In this document: positions 1 through 9,506 of the stretch, piece after piece
How the letters are laid out: each line of letters opens with the position of its first letter
Numbering within the stretch: position 1 is the first letter of the stretch
DNA from: a virus
Length of the DNA stretch: 64,000 nt
Reading direction: 5' to 3' (one strand)
Virus record (IMG/VR): IMGVR_UViG_3300032356_000182
Span: 1 to 64,000 of that record
The notes under the pieces: generated by a model
Seen by the model: only the letters and a program-made list of their open reading frames with translations
Databases searched by the model: none
What the model was told of the DNA's origin: nothing
Translations under genes and position numbers: made by a program

Positions 1-88
1 CCTTCTAATTCAGGCCACAACGGATGAAGAATTTTTCTTTAATACTTTTTAGCCTTAGAGCAAAAATCTCTTCATTTGCCTCTAATTC
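1..88. repeat. Inverted repeat copy A (partner 3343-3430); may extend beyond the window start
   Basis: 1-88 equals the reverse complement of 3343-3430 with 2 mismatches. Confidence 0.95.
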
Positions 89-155
89 AGGCCAGCTCCC
101 AACAAGTGATGAGAAAAAGTTTTAGAAATTTTAAGGTTTCAGCCTATCATTTTAC

Positions 156-184
156 TTGACAAGCGAATCAAAATCGCATACTAT
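156..184 (+). promoter_or_regulatory. sigma70-like promoter
   Basis: TTGACA(156-161)-17 nt-TACTAT(179-184). Confidence 0.7.
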
Positions 185-196
185 ATGTAATGTATA

Positions 197-301
197 TAGA
201 TCAGATATAGATCATACATAGATCAGATATAGATCATACATAGATCAGATATAGATCATACATAGATCAGATATAGATCATACATAGATCAGATATAGAT
301 C
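197..301. repeat. 22-bp tandem repeat (TAGATCAGATATAGATCATACA) x~4.8, built from two related 11-mers
   Basis: Exact units at 197, 219, 241, 263 and a partial unit at 285; every 11-mer contains GATC. Confidence 0.97.
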
Positions 302-302
302 T

Positions 303-343
303 TACTCTTACTTTAATTCACTTCGTGAATTAAAGTAAGAGTA
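303..343. other. Perfect 19-bp hairpin/cruciform, followed by a short GC palindrome (344-357)
   Basis: TACTCTTACTTTAATTCAC-ttc-GTGAATTAAAGTAAGAGTA. Confidence 0.9.
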
Positions 344-615
344 TCGCGCAAGCGCGATGAGATGAAAAAACCACCTCATCAAAAATCTTTACCACTCTCT
401 CTTATCAGAACCTTCTCCGAACTTTTTGCCCATCTTCTTCATCTTATCTCATCCCCGCTTCGCCTCTCTAGCGCCTTATCTGCAATGAGAAATATCTGGA
501 TTCGCGGAGGGGCGGCGGGGTGGGCTGGCGTGGGCTTTTAACGTTAAAAGGTGCACCTCAGATCTGTCTAGCACAGCTTATCTGAAATTTACGTTGAATT
601 CGTCTCATCAGGTAC

Positions 616-644
616 TTGACAAAAATCTGGAGTTGTATTATAAC
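616..644 (+). promoter_or_regulatory. sigma70-like early promoter
   Basis: TTGACA-17-TATAAC, then TAGATGTAGAATA leader and AGGAGG RBS before ORF 677. Confidence 0.8.
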
Positions 645-676
645 ATAGATGTAGAATAGAAAGGAGGGAATGGAAG

Positions 677-1276
677 ATGGAGAAGGTCGAGATCCCAGAG
701 AGGTTTAGGAAAAGGATAGATCAATTAAAAAGCTACGGCATGCCGGACAGCTGTATTCCCGGCAAAATTGCCGAGTGGGAGCGTCAAGAAGCGTTCGAGA
801 AAGAGCGCGACGCTCTCATGCGGGACATGGAAGCGGTCATCGAGACCTGCCCTGCAGAGATGCAGGAGGTCTCGATGACCGCAGAGAACGTAAACGTGCG
901 CTTTTTAGGGGGGCCAGAGAAGGTTGGCCCCAATAGATGGACTAAAGACAGTGCTTATATCGTTGTGAAGGAAGCGGTGCTGCCCGAGTGGGCATGCACG
1001 CTTGATAGAGTGCTCGCTCTGTATGAGAAAGATTATGCAGAGCGGGCTGATATGAGCCTCCATGATTTGGAGGAATACGCCGAGGACGGCGACGAATATG
1101 CACAGGCAGTCATACGCTATGCCCGGGCCTGCGCCAGACGGGACTGGGTACGCATTGAGTTCGTACCCGAAGAAAGTGATAGTTCTGTTTGGACTAAAGT
1201 AGGATATGTAAGAAAGTCGGATGTAGAGATAGCAGATGGCAGTGTAAGATTCAAGGGGAGGGAACAATGGATCTAG
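677..1276 (+). CDS. Hypothetical early protein
   Basis: 199 aa ORF with strong RBS behind a promoter; no motif recognised. Confidence 0.75.
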   Translation: MEKVEIPERFRKRIDQLKSYGMPDSCIPGKIAEWERQEAFEKERDALMRDMEAVIETCPAEMQEVSMTAENVNVRFLGGPEKVGPNRWTKDSAYIVVKEAVLPEWACTLDRVLALYEKDYAERADMSLHDLEEYAEDGDEYAQAVIRYARACARRDWVRIEFVPEESDSSVWTKVGYVRKSDVEIADGSVRFKGREQWI

Positions 1277-2202
1277 AGGAGTTTATCAAGAGTCAAATTG
1301 ACCGTCTGGCAACATACAACATGCTGCCAGATGAAGAGGAAAAAGCCGCACGTCTCCGCTCTCGGCTGGAGAGAGAGTGGAGATATGAGCGGAAGCTGGC
1401 CGAGTGCCTGGCTATGCTTCCTGATGGCTTTCAAGCCTCCTATCCCTGGGAGGCTGAGGAGGCCGCCAAGAAGATTGGCGGCCAACTTTTCAATGTCTAT
1501 GGGCAGTGGCCCCATAGACATCGTTTCTTGGAGCGGGGTTGGGTGGAGATCACCCAAGCCCGCTGTGAGGATGCCGCAGGGGGCAAATTAACTGTGATCG
1601 TCCTCAAATGGGACAATCACAGTTATGAGATGAAAGGCCACAGCGAAATTCGCTATCGCCCTAAATCTCGTGCCGGCGCGAAAGCCGCCAAGGAGGCTGG
1701 CTGGAGAATAGGCAAGAGTGCGTACTTCTCAACAAAAGACACGTCAGAAGCCCGTCAGCAACGGGCTTCGTTTGAGACTATTGATGAGAAATACGCTCTA
1801 AAACAGGGCTGGAAGCCGGTTGGCGGCCAGCCTGATGAGATGCTCCGCAGAAGCCTTCCTTCAAACTCCTGCGGGAATAGCCGGAACGGGAATTATACCC
1901 GTGATGGCTATTCGGTTTGCGGGAAGAGTCCGGCACCATACACAATATCGGTGCCGTTTGGTCGCGGCCGTATCGTGCGGGCTTGCGAGGATTGTGTGTC
2001 GGCCATCCTCGCAGTTCAGCGGGGAAAAGCCCACGGGCCGCATCTTGATACTTCGGTATGGAGACGTGGTCAGCCGATCTCCGAGGAAGAGGTAGAGCGG
2101 TTGGCCGGCCGCGTTGAGCAGGTTAGAAAGCCAGGCGAGGAGGCCTGGGTGATGGGGTGTCCAGTAGTGGACGCCTTCGAGTGGTTGTATGTTCAAGATT
2201 GA
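1267..2202 (+). CDS. Hypothetical early protein
   Basis: 311 aa ORF overlapping the upstream stop, GGGAGG RBS. Confidence 0.75.
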   Translation: MDLEEFIKSQIDRLATYNMLPDEEEKAARLRSRLEREWRYERKLAECLAMLPDGFQASYPWEAEEAAKKIGGQLFNVYGQWPHRHRFLERGWVEITQARCEDAAGGKLTVIVLKWDNHSYEMKGHSEIRYRPKSRAGAKAAKEAGWRIGKSAYFSTKDTSEARQQRASFETIDEKYALKQGWKPVGGQPDEMLRRSLPSNSCGNSRNGNYTRDGYSVCGKSPAPYTISVPFGRGRIVRACEDCVSAILAVQRGKAHGPHLDTSVWRRGQPISEEEVERLAGRVEQVRKPGEEAWVMGCPVVDAFEWLYVQD

Positions 2203-2220
2203 TAAATAAGGGAGGTACTC

Positions 2221-2694
2221 ATGAGTGGGTATCTTGTTTTGAAGCAGAGCTGCGGTAGTAAATACGCCGTTGTCGTTCGGGCGGCTGAAAGTTTTGTTGG
2301 TGATATCTATAGTACCTTAGAAGGATTTGAATTCGGAGGCTTTTCTTATGATCCGAGGGAAGCTGCTCGAATTGCTCTCTATCTTCTGGAGGGATGGCAA
2401 AGATGTCGAGGAGATCTCAAGATTGATTTAGTGTTTGGAGATGGTTCTGATCAGGTTGGGGGGAATAATCCTAGGCAAGCTTTGTTGAAATGGGCGAATC
2501 GGGAATGTGAGAATATTCCTCAGTGTGTTTGGTGTGGGATCATTGTTGGGGATGATCTTTGGTATGGGAATGATTCGGATTTGATTTACTGTTCTAAGAC
2601 GTGCGCTAACTTAGCGGGTGATAGCGCAGTATCTCGAATTCGAAGGGGTGAGGTCGTTCAACGGTTTGAGAAGGAGGCAAAGAATGCCGATTAA
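2221..2694 (+). CDS. Hypothetical protein with C-terminal Cys4 zinc finger
   Basis: CVWC...YCSKTC; GGAGG RBS. Confidence 0.7.
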   Translation: MSGYLVLKQSCGSKYAVVVRAAESFVGDIYSTLEGFEFGGFSYDPREAARIALYLLEGWQRCRGDLKIDLVFGDGSDQVGGNNPRQALLKWANRECENIPQCVWCGIIVGDDLWYGNDSDLIYCSKTCANLAGDSAVSRIRRGEVVQRFEKEAKNAD

Positions 2695-2792
2695 AGTGAC
2701 AAGTAGATAAGAGCTGGTCGAATCGCGTCTCATGTTTAGATAACTTGTGGCGCGATTCTTCTTTTGTTGTTAGAAATTGATTGAATTACTAC

Positions 2793-2821
2793 TTGACAAA
2801 TTTTCTTTTTTGTATTATAAT
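2793..2821 (+). promoter_or_regulatory. sigma70-like early promoter
   Basis: TTGACA-17-TATAAT, then TAGTTGTAGAATA leader. Confidence 0.85.
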
Positions 2822-2859
2822 GTAGTTGTAGAATAAGAAGGGAGAGGAGGAAAGAAAAA

Positions 2860-3312
2860 ATGGTGACAGAAGACTTGATGGACGTGAAGAGGGAATATCT
2901 GGCTTGCCTACTGGCCTCATTGTCCTCAGAGAGGCGCCCGACTATCTGGGATCCTCGAGTTGAGGACATGGTTCTAGATTTCGATTGGGAAATAAGAGCC
3001 GACCCGGATGGTCGGGCTCATCAACTTCATGTTGCCCATCCCTGGTTAAGGGATTGGGCTGCGCGGCAGTTGGCGCAGTGGGGCAGCGTGGAGTTTTACG
3101 CTTACGTTGACCCGCAAGAGGCCAACGAAGCGTTTGAGGCGGCGGGAGTTTCCGCCTTCGCGGAGACGGGCCGTGATTGGTTCTACGGACATCTGAATAC
3201 GCCAGAATGTCCGTATGTAGAGGTGACGTACATCCGCGTAGGATGTGACGTCACTCCGGAATATGTCGAGTCTTTTATGGCTCGACGTGGGTGGAAATTC
3301 AGGAGGGTATGA
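2860..3312 (+). CDS. Hypothetical early protein
   Basis: 150 aa, GAGGAGG RBS behind a promoter. Confidence 0.75.
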   Translation: MVTEDLMDVKREYLACLLASLSSERRPTIWDPRVEDMVLDFDWEIRADPDGRAHQLHVAHPWLRDWAARQLAQWGSVEFYAYVDPQEANEAFEAAGVSAFAETGRDWFYGHLNTPECPYVEVTYIRVGCDVTPEYVESFMARRGWKFRRV

Positions 3313-3342
3313 TGGACGCTTAGGAATGTTAGGCCTTAGCTC

Positions 3343-3430
3343 GAATTAGAGGCAAATGAAGAGATTTTTGCTCTAAGGCTAAAAAGTATTAAAGAAAAAT
3401 TCTTCATCCGTTATGGCTTGAATTAGAAGG
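3343..3430. repeat. Inverted repeat copy B (partner 1-88)
   Basis: Reverse complement of 1-88, 86/88 identical. Confidence 0.95.
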
Positions 3431-3454
3431 CATACAAGAGAATCTAGGGAGATA

Positions 3455-3700
3455 TTGAGAAGGAGGGATGATAAGGTGTTAGAAGAGTTTGCTGCTCGTT
3501 TTAGTGATATTAGCTTTAATATGCTGGCTGACTTGAAAAGGATAGCTCGTGAGCTGTCTTTTCTTGAAGATTGGCCTGAGGGAATAGTGTATATCCTTCA
3601 AACTATTGAATCGGAAAGCCAGGATAAGAGCGACTTTGAAAACAACCTCGACGATGTGCGGCATAAAATATCATCGAGGCTGCTTAAAGATCATTGGTGA
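3455..3700 (+). CDS. Hypothetical protein
   Basis: 81 aa ORF with TTG start, co-oriented with neighbours. Confidence 0.5.
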   Translation: MRRRDDKVLEEFAARFSDISFNMLADLKRIARELSFLEDWPEGIVYILQTIESESQDKSDFENNLDDVRHKISSRLLKDHW

Positions 3701-4155
3701 TTTTGAGAATCAGGTTAAGAGAGGAGAAGATGGAGAAGATGGTTTCTAAGAAGAAGAAAGCGAAAGCTGCAGCGGCTTTCGCGGCAGTGATGGCGTGGGA
3801 TAAGAATGGCCGTCCTAAATATCTTGTTGTTCCAGGGTCAAACGGAAAGAGATATAGAGTTTTTCTGCATCGACGGGAAGATGGAATCCATGCCGATTGT
3901 CTGATTGATGTCCCAGGTGAGTTGTATTGTCCTGGAAGCGCTGTGAAGAATAACCGTGCGACGGTTTGTTATCATGTGATGGCGGCGGTTGAGAAAGCGT
4001 TGAGCCTTTCTGGATATCAGGGATTTTGGTGTTTCTCCGAGCAAGACGCGGTGCGTCTTGCTCGGATGAAGAAGGGAAATATTATCAAGGTTTTCCCTGG
4101 CCGGTATGAGACCGTACCAGGAGCTTACCTTGTGGTGGAAAGAACAGCTTCATGA
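3694..4155 (+). CDS. SWIM-like zinc-finger protein (paralogue of 48183-48575); true start probably near 3729
   Basis: VPGSNGKRY...C...CPGS...ATVCYHVMAAV. Confidence 0.65.
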   Translation: MVILRIRLREEKMEKMVSKKKKAKAAAAFAAVMAWDKNGRPKYLVVPGSNGKRYRVFLHRREDGIHADCLIDVPGELYCPGSAVKNNRATVCYHVMAAVEKALSLSGYQGFWCFSEQDAVRLARMKKGNIIKVFPGRYETVPGAYLVVERTAS

Positions 4156-4433
4156 AAAAGTTGTCGTCTTTCGTCTGTTGCTTGGGTGGGGTTGGAGAGC
4201 ATCGAGTAGCGAGTCGGACAGAAGATAAGTTTTATACTGTTCGGGTCTCTGTGGAGCTTGGTTTTTCAATAGTTTGTGATTGTCCCGGCTTTCAGTTCCG
4301 GGGAGCTTGCAGACATGTTGAGGAAGTAGAGAAACGAGTTTGTGGATGGACGTCTTTTTTAGAATTAGATGTTAGCTGCTGTCCTAGATGTGGGGCAGAA
4401 GTGGTTGTAGTAGGGGAAAAAGAGGAGGTGTGA
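4152..4433 (+). CDS. SWIM zinc-finger protein
   Basis: CDCPGFQFRGACRH (CxC...CxH) plus CPRC. Confidence 0.75.
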   Translation: MKKLSSFVCCLGGVGEHRVASRTEDKFYTVRVSVELGFSIVCDCPGFQFRGACRHVEEVEKRVCGWTSFLELDVSCCPRCGAEVVVVGEKEEV

Positions 4434-4434
4434 G

Positions 4435-5067
4435 ATGCATCCGAAAGTGGTTGTGAAGGTTGAGGGAATTCGTGGCTGCGGGTGGAGAAAGCTTGGCGGA
4501 ATCTATCTTGTTTCGGATGGGCCGGTTGAGATATGTGGGCGTTTGCCAGCCCTTGATCGAGTTTGCGACTGTTGCGGTCGCAACTTTATAGATCCGACGA
4601 TTAACCGAGAGTGGCTGGAGGCGAAGACTTTGAGAAGTTTGGTCGGCTCTTGCAAGCTTGGAGAGGAATGCAGACGCTTGTGTATTGTTGAGAAGATTTT
4701 GAAGGAAGACATTCGGTCAATTCTGATTTGGGTGGGCACTTCTTTCTACAAAACTCCTGCGGATTTTATTGCTGAAGCAGCTAGAATGGGAATTAGCCGC
4801 AGAATTCAGAAAGGGGTTCCTCGCGGATTTGTTGTTGGGGAAACACCTGTTTTGCTGGCTCATCGCCATTGCCTTTGGGGTGGAAAGGTAGATGGCAAGG
4901 ACAGCTGGCTGCCCGGGATATTTGGAGCTTTCATTCCGCAGCGGATAGAGGTTATCGTGGATGAAGAAACTTCGGATGAACAGATTGAATCATACCTGCG
5001 TCGTGGGATGACGCCTGTCATCGTCAAGCACGCGGGGGAGCAGCTTCCTCTTGATCTAAAGGTTTGA
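4435..5067 (+). CDS. Hypothetical phage protein, Cys-rich N-half, C-terminal QLPLDL
   Basis: 210 aa, GGAGG RBS. Confidence 0.7.
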   Translation: MHPKVVVKVEGIRGCGWRKLGGIYLVSDGPVEICGRLPALDRVCDCCGRNFIDPTINREWLEAKTLRSLVGSCKLGEECRRLCIVEKILKEDIRSILIWVGTSFYKTPADFIAEAARMGISRRIQKGVPRGFVVGETPVLLAHRHCLWGGKVDGKDSWLPGIFGAFIPQRIEVIVDEETSDEQIESYLRRGMTPVIVKHAGEQLPLDLKV

Positions 5068-5092
5068 GAATAGAGAAGGAGGGCTAGGAGAG

Positions 5093-6775
5093 ATGAAGCA
5101 GCAAGAGATTGGAAAGCAGGTACTGTGCCCTTCCTGTGGACAGCCGATGCGCTTGCGGAATGGAAAGTTTGGAGAGTTCTGGGGTTGTAGCCAATTTCCT
5201 AGATGCAAGACGGTTGTTAAGAAAGCAAAAAACGGCCAACCTGCGAAAAAGTCTGTTTTGGTCCGTCCAACCGAATTTCGCAAGAAGCTGGTGCCTAATC
5301 GGTACCAGCTCGCTATCTTTAATGAGATTCAGAATGGCTCGGGCAATATCATTACTGAAGCCTGCGCCGGTTCGGGCAAGACGACGACGAATGAGTATGC
5401 GAGTTTCTTGCTTCCTCGCGACAAGCGGTGTGCATATATCGTTTTCAATACGCACATTAAAGAGGAAGCTCTGACTAGAATGCCTCCGTGGGTAGAGGTT
5501 ATGACTACTCACAGTCTTGGGCTTCAGGCGATAACAGCCTACACGAGCAAGAAGCCCGAGATTGTGGAAGACAAAGTAGAGAGAATCTTGAAAGATCTAT
5601 TGGTTTTAGGCGGGACGTTTGAGTTTGAGAAGGGCTTGGTAAGCTTGGCTGCCAATCTTGTCAGCAAGGCCAAAAATACGCTTATCGAGCTGGATGAGGA
5701 GGGAGCAGCGTTCCTTTGTGATCGCTATGCGATTGAGACTAACGGAAACTTCTTTAGGATATGGCAGTTGGCTAGAGAGGCTCTGTTAGTCAATAATCGT
5801 AATCTGTCGGTTGTAGATTTTGATGATATGATTTACTTGCCAGTTAAGCTAAACATGGTGGTAAGACAGTTTGATTGGATTTTAGGAGATGAGGTGCAGG
5901 ACTTCAATGTGGCTCAGATAGAGCTTTTGAAAAAGGCGTTAACTCCTAATGGCAGAATTCTTGCAGTTGGAGACAGCAACCAGTCGATGTATGGATTTAG
6001 AGGGGCTGATATCGAAGCGATGCAGAAGGTGAAAAATGGCTTCAATGCCTTGTCGCTTCCGTTATCAATCACTTATCGTTGTCCTCGGAGTCATGTGGAG
6101 CTAGTGAATAAGCTGTTTCCAGATATTCCCTTTGAAGCGGCTCCAAACGCTAAAGAGGGAGAAATCATCTCAATTTCAGAGGATAGGATGCTAGGTATGG
6201 TTTCTGAAGGCGATATGATTCTTTGCAGAGTAAACGCGCCTCTAGTTAAGCCATGCTTTGAGTTGATTAGACGTGGTATTAAGGCTACAATCGCTGGCCG
6301 CGATATTGGCAAGGGATTGGTAAACTTTATCGAGCGGATGAATGCCAAGGATTTGCCGAATTTGCTGAGGAAGCTCCGAGAGCACGAAGAGAAAGAGGTA
6401 AACAAGCTATTGGCAGAGAATAAAGGCAACCAGGCCGCTGTTTTACAGGATAAAGTTGATACTATTTTGGCTTTGTCTTCTGGCTGCCGGACGGTTAAGG
6501 ATGTTATCATAAAAATCGAAGAAGTTTTTTCGGATGATAGAAAGGGAATAGTGTTTAGCACTGTTCATAAGGCGAAAGGCTTGGAGGCTGAGCGGGTATT
6601 TATCTTGAGACCTGATTTGCTGCCCCATCCGATGGCTAAGCAAGCTTGGGAAAAGCTGCAAGAGGAGAATATAAAGTACGTTGCGATGACGAGGTCGCTA
6701 AATGTACTTGCTTTCGTCGGAGAGATACCTGTTGATGATATGTATGCAGTATCTGAAGAGGAGGAGATTAGGTAG
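5093..6775 (+). CDS. UvrD/Rep-like superfamily 1 helicase with N-terminal topoisomerase-type C4 zinc ribbon
   Basis: CPSCGQPMRLRNGKFGEFWGCSQFPRC; ACAGSGKT, DEVQD, VGDSNQSMYGFRGA, TYRCP, STVHKAKGLE, YVAMTR. Confidence 0.93.
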   Translation: MKQQEIGKQVLCPSCGQPMRLRNGKFGEFWGCSQFPRCKTVVKKAKNGQPAKKSVLVRPTEFRKKLVPNRYQLAIFNEIQNGSGNIITEACAGSGKTTTNEYASFLLPRDKRCAYIVFNTHIKEEALTRMPPWVEVMTTHSLGLQAITAYTSKKPEIVEDKVERILKDLLVLGGTFEFEKGLVSLAANLVSKAKNTLIELDEEGAAFLCDRYAIETNGNFFRIWQLAREALLVNNRNLSVVDFDDMIYLPVKLNMVVRQFDWILGDEVQDFNVAQIELLKKALTPNGRILAVGDSNQSMYGFRGADIEAMQKVKNGFNALSLPLSITYRCPRSHVELVNKLFPDIPFEAAPNAKEGEIISISEDRMLGMVSEGDMILCRVNAPLVKPCFELIRRGIKATIAGRDIGKGLVNFIERMNAKDLPNLLRKLREHEEKEVNKLLAENKGNQAAVLQDKVDTILALSSGCRTVKDVIIKIEEVFSDDRKGIVFSTVHKAKGLEAERVFILRPDLLPHPMAKQAWEKLQEENIKYVAMTRSLNVLAFVGEIPVDDMYAVSEEEEIR

Positions 6776-6812
6776 ACATTTTTAACGTTAAAAATGGTTG
6801 GAGGTTTGAAGT

Positions 6813-6841
6813 TTGATTTATAAGAATTTTCGTATTATAAT
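6813..6841 (+). promoter_or_regulatory. sigma70-like promoter preceded by a 16-bp palindrome (6779-6794)
   Basis: TTGATT-17-TATAAT; TTTTTAACGTTAAAAA upstream. Confidence 0.6.
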
Positions 6842-6873
6842 TAAAGAAAAACAAGATCTGGAGGTGTTTTGCA

Positions 6874-7431
6874 TTGATTGATGTTCAAAAAGTTTTGGAT
6901 CTATACCATAGAGGCTATTCTCAATCGGATATAGCGAGAGAGGTTGGAGTAACCAAGTCATACATATCTCTTGTTCTTCGTAGAGCTGGAATTCGAGGAC
7001 GCAGAAAGAAATCTTTCCCGGAGTTTCCTCATTCGATAACTGATGAGGAATTAGTTTTAAGAGGAGTGCCGCGAGGCAGCGCGGTTTCTATTCGGAAGAG
7101 CTTGGGATTGAAGCGGAAATACGCTATAGATAGATTTCAGAGACGAAGAAATTTGGCTAAGTTTTTATTCGGAGCTGAAGCAGAACCTGGACCAAAGTTT
7201 CTCGCGTTTCTCGAGGAATTTATTCCCTCGCTTTCTCCGAGACAGGCTGAGATTATGGATCGTTTTTACGTGAAAGGTTTGCAATCAAAGCCGGGTGTTA
7301 CTGCTGAGTTGGTTTATCGTTCCAGAGCACGAAAAGCTTTGAAGGAGCGAATATCTAGTTTAGATCGGAATTGGGAAGAGGAGGGTGTTGTGACTTATGG
7401 ACAGCAAAAACATCATTGTGAGAATTGTTAG
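6874..7431 (+). CDS. Helix-turn-helix DNA-binding protein (sigma region 4-like elements)
   Basis: GYSQSDIAREVGVTKSYISLVL; C-terminal LSPRQAEIM...RARKALK. Confidence 0.75.
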   Translation: MIDVQKVLDLYHRGYSQSDIAREVGVTKSYISLVLRRAGIRGRRKKSFPEFPHSITDEELVLRGVPRGSAVSIRKSLGLKRKYAIDRFQRRRNLAKFLFGAEAEPGPKFLAFLEEFIPSLSPRQAEIMDRFYVKGLQSKPGVTAELVYRSRARKALKERISSLDRNWEEEGVVTYGQQKHHCENC

Positions 7432-7654
7432 CGCCGATATTAGTATGCCCTTCGGGCAGAGGAAGCTCGGCGTCCAGCCTGTCGGAGATCTTTTGCTTGT
7501 TGTTGAAGGTGTTCCTCTTTATTCAGGAGATCTAGAGAGTTCTAATTTAGCTGAGTTTGATAAAGGTATCGTTTTGGGAGTAGAAGGTCTACGGGTTTTG
7601 TGTCAGCGCTTAGAAGCTGCGCTGTATCTAGATGTGGATAGAAAGGATTTTTGA
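7397..7654 (+). CDS. Hypothetical protein
   Basis: 85 aa, translationally coupled. Confidence 0.6.
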   Translation: MDSKNIIVRIVSADISMPFGQRKLGVQPVGDLLLVVEGVPLYSGDLESSNLAEFDKGIVLGVEGLRVLCQRLEAALYLDVDRKDF

Positions 7655-7663
7655 TATCTGCAG

Positions 7664-7891
7664 ATGGGCAGACGTAAAGATATTTCAAAAGATGACGAAG
7701 TTGAGAGTCTTGCTTCTTCGGTGAGGGTTAGTTATTGTTTTGTTTGTGGGTGTGGAAAGCAGAGCCAGATGCTTGAAAAAGATTATGTTAGACTTCCACC
7801 GGGGAATGCTTGGTTCTGCAAAGATTGTTCGGCTAACAGAGATGGTATTGAATTTAAGGGTGGTTTGATAGCTAGGAAAGGAGATTTCTAA
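7664..7891 (+). CDS. Small zinc-finger protein
   Basis: CFVC...CKDC. Confidence 0.6.
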   Translation: MGRRKDISKDDEVESLASSVRVSYCFVCGCGKQSQMLEKDYVRLPPGNAWFCKDCSANRDGIEFKGGLIARKGDF

Positions 7892-9114
7892 TGAGAACGA
7901 TTCCGAGTGATTATGTTCCTCCAGCAAGTAGTTTTTCTACTTTTGCTGATGGAAAATATAAAGTTAGAGGTTTTGAATGGACTTCAAAGTCAGAGGATGG
8001 GCAGCCTATCTTGGTAGCTCAGCGAGATGGCAGGATGGTGGCTAGACTTCGTTTTAAGTTGGAATCCGGTGAGGAGGGGCCTCCATATAGCCTCTCTATT
8101 TCAGAAGTTTCTCAATTTGTGAAGGCTCTCGGAGGCGATGTTTCTGCTTTGCCTCCTGTGCCGGATTTGCAGTATCCTGCGAAAGTAAGTTTGTTTTTGA
8201 CAAAAGCTCAAGAATTATCTGAAGCTGCTGCATCTTCTGTTGAGGTTGAAGTTCGAGATGGCTGGGTAAAGAGTGTTCCTGGAATGGAAGTTCCGCCAGG
8301 GTTGTATTACATGATTATGACTGATTTGTTTCCGGTTGATCCTGATACTGGAGATCCGGTGCCAAGGGATGGACAGTTTGGTAAATATTTCTTCGTAGAG
8401 TTTGAGATTGTGGCTGGTGAAGGGGGGTCTGAAACTCCTTTCAAAGGAGCGAAGGTTCGAGATTTGCTGAATTACTCGATTACCGTGGAAGGGAATGAAC
8501 CTGATTTCGCTAAGACTCCGCAGGGGGCTTATACGATTTCAGCTACTATCTTAGCGCATGTTATGCAGTATACTGCGCCGGCTATGTTCGAGGAAGGCTG
8601 GGTGCCCTCCAATCCATTCAACCTCTTACCTGATTGGCTGAGAGAGGCAAGAGCAGCTAAGAAGCTAGTGAAAGCATATCGGGCGCGGGATAAGAAAGGG
8701 CGAGTCGTTATTCAATGGGAAACGTTTTCTCCAGTTTCAGGGGCTAGCTCTAGTCCTGGTTCTTCTTCGTCAGAATCTAGATCTACTGCAGCTCGACATA
8801 ATGTGGATATGAATGGAATCGCTAAGACTCTCTTGGTAGAGATGTTAACTCTTCTAGCTGGCGGCCCAGCTTGCGTTAGCGGTACTTTTCAGCTTACTGA
8901 AGTTGGGAAGACTGCTGCTAGGGAATATTTGAGTCCGCTGAAGGCAGATGGAACAATAAGAAGCAGTTCGATAGATGGATTGGATTTTGATCAGATTAAG
9001 GGGGCTTTTGATAAAATTGCTCCGAGGGTTCCTGAAGGCAAGGTTGATGCTTTTAGGAGAATTTACGAGCGTTTGTTGGGTGCAGGACTCGGAATAGTTA
9101 TCGAGGAATTCTGA
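7891..9114 (+). CDS. Hypothetical replication/recombination protein, possibly ssDNA-binding
   Basis: 407 aa beta-rich protein upstream of recA, ending in acidic-Phe EEF; function is inference. Confidence 0.55.
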   Translation: MRTIPSDYVPPASSFSTFADGKYKVRGFEWTSKSEDGQPILVAQRDGRMVARLRFKLESGEEGPPYSLSISEVSQFVKALGGDVSALPPVPDLQYPAKVSLFLTKAQELSEAAASSVEVEVRDGWVKSVPGMEVPPGLYYMIMTDLFPVDPDTGDPVPRDGQFGKYFFVEFEIVAGEGGSETPFKGAKVRDLLNYSITVEGNEPDFAKTPQGAYTISATILAHVMQYTAPAMFEEGWVPSNPFNLLPDWLREARAAKKLVKAYRARDKKGRVVIQWETFSPVSGASSSPGSSSSESRSTAARHNVDMNGIAKTLLVEMLTLLAGGPACVSGTFQLTEVGKTAAREYLSPLKADGTIRSSSIDGLDFDQIKGAFDKIAPRVPEGKVDAFRRIYERLLGAGLGIVIEEF

Positions 9115-9506
9115 TGGCTATTTTGAAAAGAAATGAGGTTTGTGGATATTCGATTCGTCTTGATAGACCTTGCAATGAGCTCAGCGCTTGTGAGGTTGGA
9201 TATCCGTTTTCAAAAGTAGATGCTCCTAGCATCGTGAAGTTTTTGTTCCTGATGAATTTGAGGAGGGGTTGGGATCCTCCTAGAGAGTTTTGTACATACT
9301 TAAGGCAGGCTAAGAAGCTGCTGGAAGAATATGGGGAGGATAAGTTGATTTCCCTGATACGAGAGGCAGCTGGAGTTTCGACGAATCCGTTTGGTTTAGA
9401 TTTTGTGTGTAGATTAGGAGAGAGAGATGAAGCTGAAACTAATATTGCGAGAAGAAGATCGAGAAAAGTTGGATATGCCGAAGATATCTTTAGACGTAGC
9501 AGATAG
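9114..9506 (+). CDS. Hypothetical protein
   Basis: 130 aa, TGATG coupling. Confidence 0.65.
   Translation: MAILKRNEVCGYSIRLDRPCNELSACEVGYPFSKVDAPSIVKFLFLMNLRRGWDPPREFCTYLRQAKKLLEEYGEDKLISLIREAAGVSTNPFGLDFVCRLGERDEAETNIARRRSRKVGYAEDIFRRSR

Noticed and set aside
197-301. CRISPR array
   Set aside because: Units are contiguous and identical with no spacers; no cas operon
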